Shown here: positions 60,159-64,000 of the stretch, piece after piece | Layout: every line of letters begins with the position of its first letter | Numbering within the stretch: the stretch's first letter is position 1 | NCBI GenBank assembly: GCA_000004695.1 | Contig: CM000155.2 | Span: 64,001-128,000, forward strand | Source of the DNA: Dictyostelium discoideum | Taxonomy: Eukaryota | Length of the DNA: 64,000 nt | Reading direction: 5' to 3' | Position numbers and translations under genes: made by a program | Notes under the pieces: model-generated | What the model was told of the DNA's origin: nothing | The model's input: the letters and a program-made list of their open reading frames with translations, nothing else | Databases searched by the model: none

Positions 60159-62614
60159 TCCAAGAATCAATTAAAGAAATTAATTTACTTAAAGTTAGAA
60201 AATATGAAAATATAATTTCAGTTGATTGGATGATTCAAAACAAATATTTTTATTTATTAAAATGGAAATTAAATGACAATAATTCAAATCTTAAATTTCC
60301 CAATAAAATGGTAGAGAAATTTTGTATGAATTTTTCAGATTCATTCCCATTGGAATTATTTAAAGATATCTATTCAAAGATTGGTTATTATTTTATTGAC
60401 GATAGAGATACCACTCTATTTCATTTTTTACTTATAAACAGACTTGATATAATCAAATTCTTAATAATTGATCAAAGTGAACATTTTAAAATAAATTTAA
60501 ATCTTTCAATTGTAAGAAATTTGGATACTTTTAAATTCCTTTTTAATATTATAGAAACTAAAGAAAAGGAAGGATGTAATGAAAGTAAAGAAATGAAATT
60601 AAAATATCTTAAAAATTTCTTACCAACCATATCATCACAAATTGAATACTCTAAAGAATTTATAGAGTATGCATTGAAAATTTATAAAAGTTTTATGGAT
60701 GAAAATGGTGTTAATAATACAATGTATTTAGGTGATTCTGTTTTTAATATAATTATTAATTTTGGAGATTATAGAATATTCTTGGAATATTTAGTACCAA
60801 TTGGATATTATTTTTCAGAATTATTTAGTAAATTATTTTATAATATTTTATATAAATTAAAACAGAATCGTTTAAATTCAATTTCAATGGATCATTTATT
60901 AATATTAGAATATATTAGAATCCAAATAATACCTGAACAATCATTATTATCATCATCAGAAGAAGAAGAAGAAGAAAAAGATTATATTTATATAGATACT
61001 AAAATAACAAATACTAAACAATTTTTTATTGAACCAACTTTTAAAGAATTTGAAAAACTTTACAATAAACAAAATTATTCAAATACATTAGAATCTGAAT
61101 TATTAGATGAAAATAAACAACCAATTCAATTGATGAAAATAAAAGAATTATCTTTAGATAAAAAGAAATTATTTCAATTTTTTATAAATTATTTTAAAGA
61201 ATCAATAATATCAAATTTTAAACAAACAATTATAATTACTGGTGGTAAAAATGTTTCTCAACAATTATCTCTATTAAATGCTTTGAAAAGTTATTTACAA
61301 ATGGCAATCGATTTAGAAGATTTACAATCTTTAAAATTTTTAATAGCTTTATTTGATACCAATAGATTATCTCTTCATTATAACCTATATAGTGAATGTT
61401 TAGAATATATTTTTAATAGTGGAAATAATACTATTGATTTTTTTTGTAATTTTTCAAAAGAGGCAGAAGATATTCTATCATTTTTACTTGAAAACCATCA
61501 ACTGGAAAAATCATATATATCTTCAATTATTAAAAACTCTAGCATTAAACCCCTTCAATATCTATACTCATCTGAATATAACTCTAGATTGATTCAAGTG
61601 TATCCTGAATTACTTTTTGATGCAATTAAAATTTCAACCAGTATATCATTTATCAAATATTTATATTATTATAATTTAAAATTTAATAATATTCAATATT
61701 CAAGTGAAACTACAGAGGTTTTGAATGTTAATTGTCGTGCTGATAATCATGACCTTTTTGAAATTATTAAATTTGTAAATGAAAATATAATAAAACTACA
61801 ACCATTAAAAATTCAATTCGATGCATTATTAATAAATAAAATTGTTAATCATAAAGATGGTTTGAAAATATGTAAATATTTATTAGGTGGTGAAGAGAAT
61901 GCTCTTGGTAAACAATATCTTTTAACAAATATTTCAATTTTGGTTCCTACAATTTCAAATAATTCAAAATTGGATATGCTAGAGTATATATTATCTATTT
62001 ACTGGACCATTTATAAAGATATCGACTCAACACTTAAAACAGAATGCTTTTTAATTGAAAAATATTGGAATACAGCCGAAAATGATGATGTCATCAGATA
62101 CCTTTTTTCAAAGAATCCTGAAAAAATTCCATACATTCATTATGAATCTATGATTAGTTCAAATAATGTTAATCTTTATAAACTATCAACTCAATATAGA
62201 CATTTACCTTCAAAACAAGCTGTTTGGTCATCAATATCAATTGGTCATTTAAATATGAGCCTTTTCTTAATAAATGATTATATTGATCGAAATAATTTGA
62301 AAACTAATGAAACAATAATATTTCTATTTACTTGTATTGAAAATGCAATTACATCAAGACTATTAAAACTAACTAAAATCCTCCTATCAATGATTCATGA
62401 TAAATTAGAAAAAGAATCACCTCCATTAACCCTATCAGAAACTCAAATTAATTCATTAATAGCTAATTCTGTTAACTCTCAAGATTTTGAAATTTTTAAA
62501 TTTATTATTGACACATATAATTTAGATAATTCAGATATTAAAAAATTAATTCTTTTTAAATTAACAAAATCAATGAATAATTATTTAGAAAAAAAAAAAA
62601 AAATTGAAAAATAA
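59984..62614 (+). CDS. Hypothetical protein, large (876 aa) lineage-specific, N/K/I-rich with poly-N tract; no recognised domain
   Basis: ATG at 59984 with an uninterrupted 2.6 kb ORF in very AT-rich DNA; a frame this long is unlikely by chance. It contains (AAT)n-encoded poly-Asn and a poly-Glu patch. I recognise no conserved catalytic motif. It resembles the large paralogous families of Dictyostelium-specific proteins. Confidence 0.55.
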
Positions 62615-62720
62615 ATAATAATAATAATAATAATAATAATTAAAATAAATATTATTTAAATAAATTTTATTTAAATTATTGTTTATATTTCTTTTATCTT
62701 TTTTTTTAAAAATTAATTAA

Positions 62721-63419
62721 TTAATTTAAAGCGATATTACCAAAATAACTTGGTACATGGAAACATGGTGGATTAGTATTATCAGCATGATAACATGAAT
62801 ATTCTTTATAATTATATAATGGTACATCAATACGGAACATGTTAAACTTGTAAATATATCCTTCAGTTTCAGAATATTGACTTGCTTTTTGAATTAATTG
62901 GAATGGAATACGTAAAGTACCTTCCCAACCATCGTTGATTGTTGATGCACCATAAATAATTCCTGATTGACCACAATCTACCAAAGTATCTTGAATACCA
63001 TCACATTGATCATTTGGATTATTAACAAGTGATACAAATAGAACACCGTATGGAGATAACTCAACTTCTAAATAATTCACTGCAACTTGATCAGCTGGTC
63101 CATAAGAAAGAAAAGTTTCAAATACATCAGCATTAAATAAATCTTGATTACATGAATCGTATGGTGAAATAATATTATTATCAACACAATAGGCTTTAAT
63201 ATTTATATATTGATCATCATAACAAATCGATGCAAATGTTTGTTGAATTGCAAGTCCATAATTACTTGTTAATGTAAAATCGGTAACAGATGTTGCATTA
63301 CTCCATTGATTGGTTGAATTATTACTACATCTATAAATATTTAAAGTTTCAACAAATTGACTTGAAACAAAATAACTATTTATAAAAATAATTAAAATTA
63401 CAATTAATATTATTTTCAT
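62721..63419 (-). CDS. Secreted cysteine-containing protein (signal peptide plus single globular domain); function unknown, possibly carbohydrate-binding-like
   Basis: Real ATG at 63419. The N-terminus is a signal peptide (MKIILIVILIIFINSYFVSS). There are 8+ Cys residues spaced as in extracellular disulfide-bonded domains (CSNNS...CYDDQ...CVDNN...CNQD...CDGIQDTLVDC...CYHADNTNPPC). Composition is W/G/Y-rich. Single exon. Confidence 0.55.
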   Translation of the reverse strand: MKIILIVILIIFINSYFVSSQFVETLNIYRCSNNSTNQWSNATSVTDFTLTSNYGLAIQQTFASICYDDQYINIKAYCVDNNIISPYDSCNQDLFNADVFETFLSYGPADQVAVNYLEVELSPYGVLFVSLVNNPNDQCDGIQDTLVDCGQSGIIYGASTINDGWEGTLRIPFQLIQKASQYSETEGYIYKFNMFRIDVPLYNYKEYSCYHADNTNPPCFHVPSYFGNIALN

Positions 63420-63765
63420 TTTTTTTTTTTTCTTATTTATAATTATCGAGTGTGTGATTAATTCGAATTGTTTTTTTTTATTTTTATTTTTATTTTTTTA
63501 TTTTTATTTTTTTTTTTTTTTTTTGGAAAAAAAAAAAAATCTTTTATTCCCTGGGGGATTAAAAAAAAAGAAGATATTTTTTAATTTTATTTTATTTTAA
63601 TAATTTTATTATTTTATTTTATTTTTTTTTTTAAAAAAAATCATAAAAACAATAATATTGTTTTATTTTATTTTATTTTGATTTTGATTTTAATTTTAAT
63701 TTTAATTTTATTTCATTTTTTTTTTTTTTACTATTTACAGTTTTATTGATATATATATATTTTTA

Positions 63766-63996
63766 TTAATTTTGGGATTTTTGGGATTGAGTTGTACTTT
63801 CTTGAGTAATTTGTTGTGTTTCATTTGGTTTATTTGTATATTTAGCTAAAAAGTTTTCTTTTTCAATCTGTTCTTCATCTTTTGTTGCAAAGTAAAAACC
63901 TACTGAACCAAATATAATTGTTGCATATGCAAACTTTTCCATAACTTTAAGATATCTAATCATTTTTGATCTTGTAAATAATGAACTTCTACCCAT
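63766..63996 (-). CDS. Small (76 aa) single-pass membrane protein, hypothetical
   Basis: ATG at 63996, giving [47 protein letters not shown]... A predicted transmembrane helix ([16 protein letters not shown]) is followed by a polar Q/T-rich tail. The window ends 4 nt upstream of the ATG, so promoter context is not visible. Confidence 0.4.
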
Positions 63997-64000
63997 ATTT

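Overview
This 64 kb window is extremely AT-rich, and genes are short islands of about 30-35% GC separated by long poly(A)/poly(T) tracts. Microsatellites are frequent both in coding regions (poly-Q, poly-N, poly-S, poly-E, poly-T tracts) and in introns. Introns are short, with GTAAGT/GTATGT donors and AG acceptors. Together these features look like Dictyostelium discoideum nuclear DNA. I found about 25 protein-coding genes, most with one to six small introns, and no rRNA, tRNA, CRISPR array or recognisable transposon. The supplied ORF track starts ORFs at TTG/GTG/CTG as well as ATG and cuts genes at introns, so I rebuilt exon structures by hand from splice signals and reading-frame continuity. 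From 5' to 3', the confident gene calls are:
- an alpha-kinase with C-terminal WD40 repeats (myosin-heavy-chain-kinase-like)
- dihydrolipoamide dehydrogenase
- Mediator subunit 14
- Ran GTPase
- a mitochondrial-type Kae1/TsaD (Qri7/OSGEPL1) paralog
- an importin-beta family member (IPO5/Kap121-like)
- a single ORF fusing a sarcosine-oxidase-like and an L-amino-acid/amine-oxidase-like FAD domain
- serine hydroxymethyltransferase
- a 1154-aa tandem-FERM protein (FrmA-like)
- Rap1
- exportin-1/CRM1
- exosome subunit Rrp4
- a mitochondrial carrier
- a ClpB/Hsp104 disaggregase
- a twin-Cx9C (CHCH) mini-protein
- RNase P/MRP subunit Pop1
There are also several lineage-specific low-complexity or secreted proteins and a degenerate Ras-like pseudo-GTPase. 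The most unusual items are the dual-flavoprotein oxidase fusion, the pseudo-GTPase, the co-location of Ran with an importin and exportin-1, very large pure microsatellites inside introns, and a protein built largely from a (GAAAAT)n hexamer repeat. Nothing here looks like a prokaryotic-style defence or mobile system; the novelty is in domain architecture and repeat biology.
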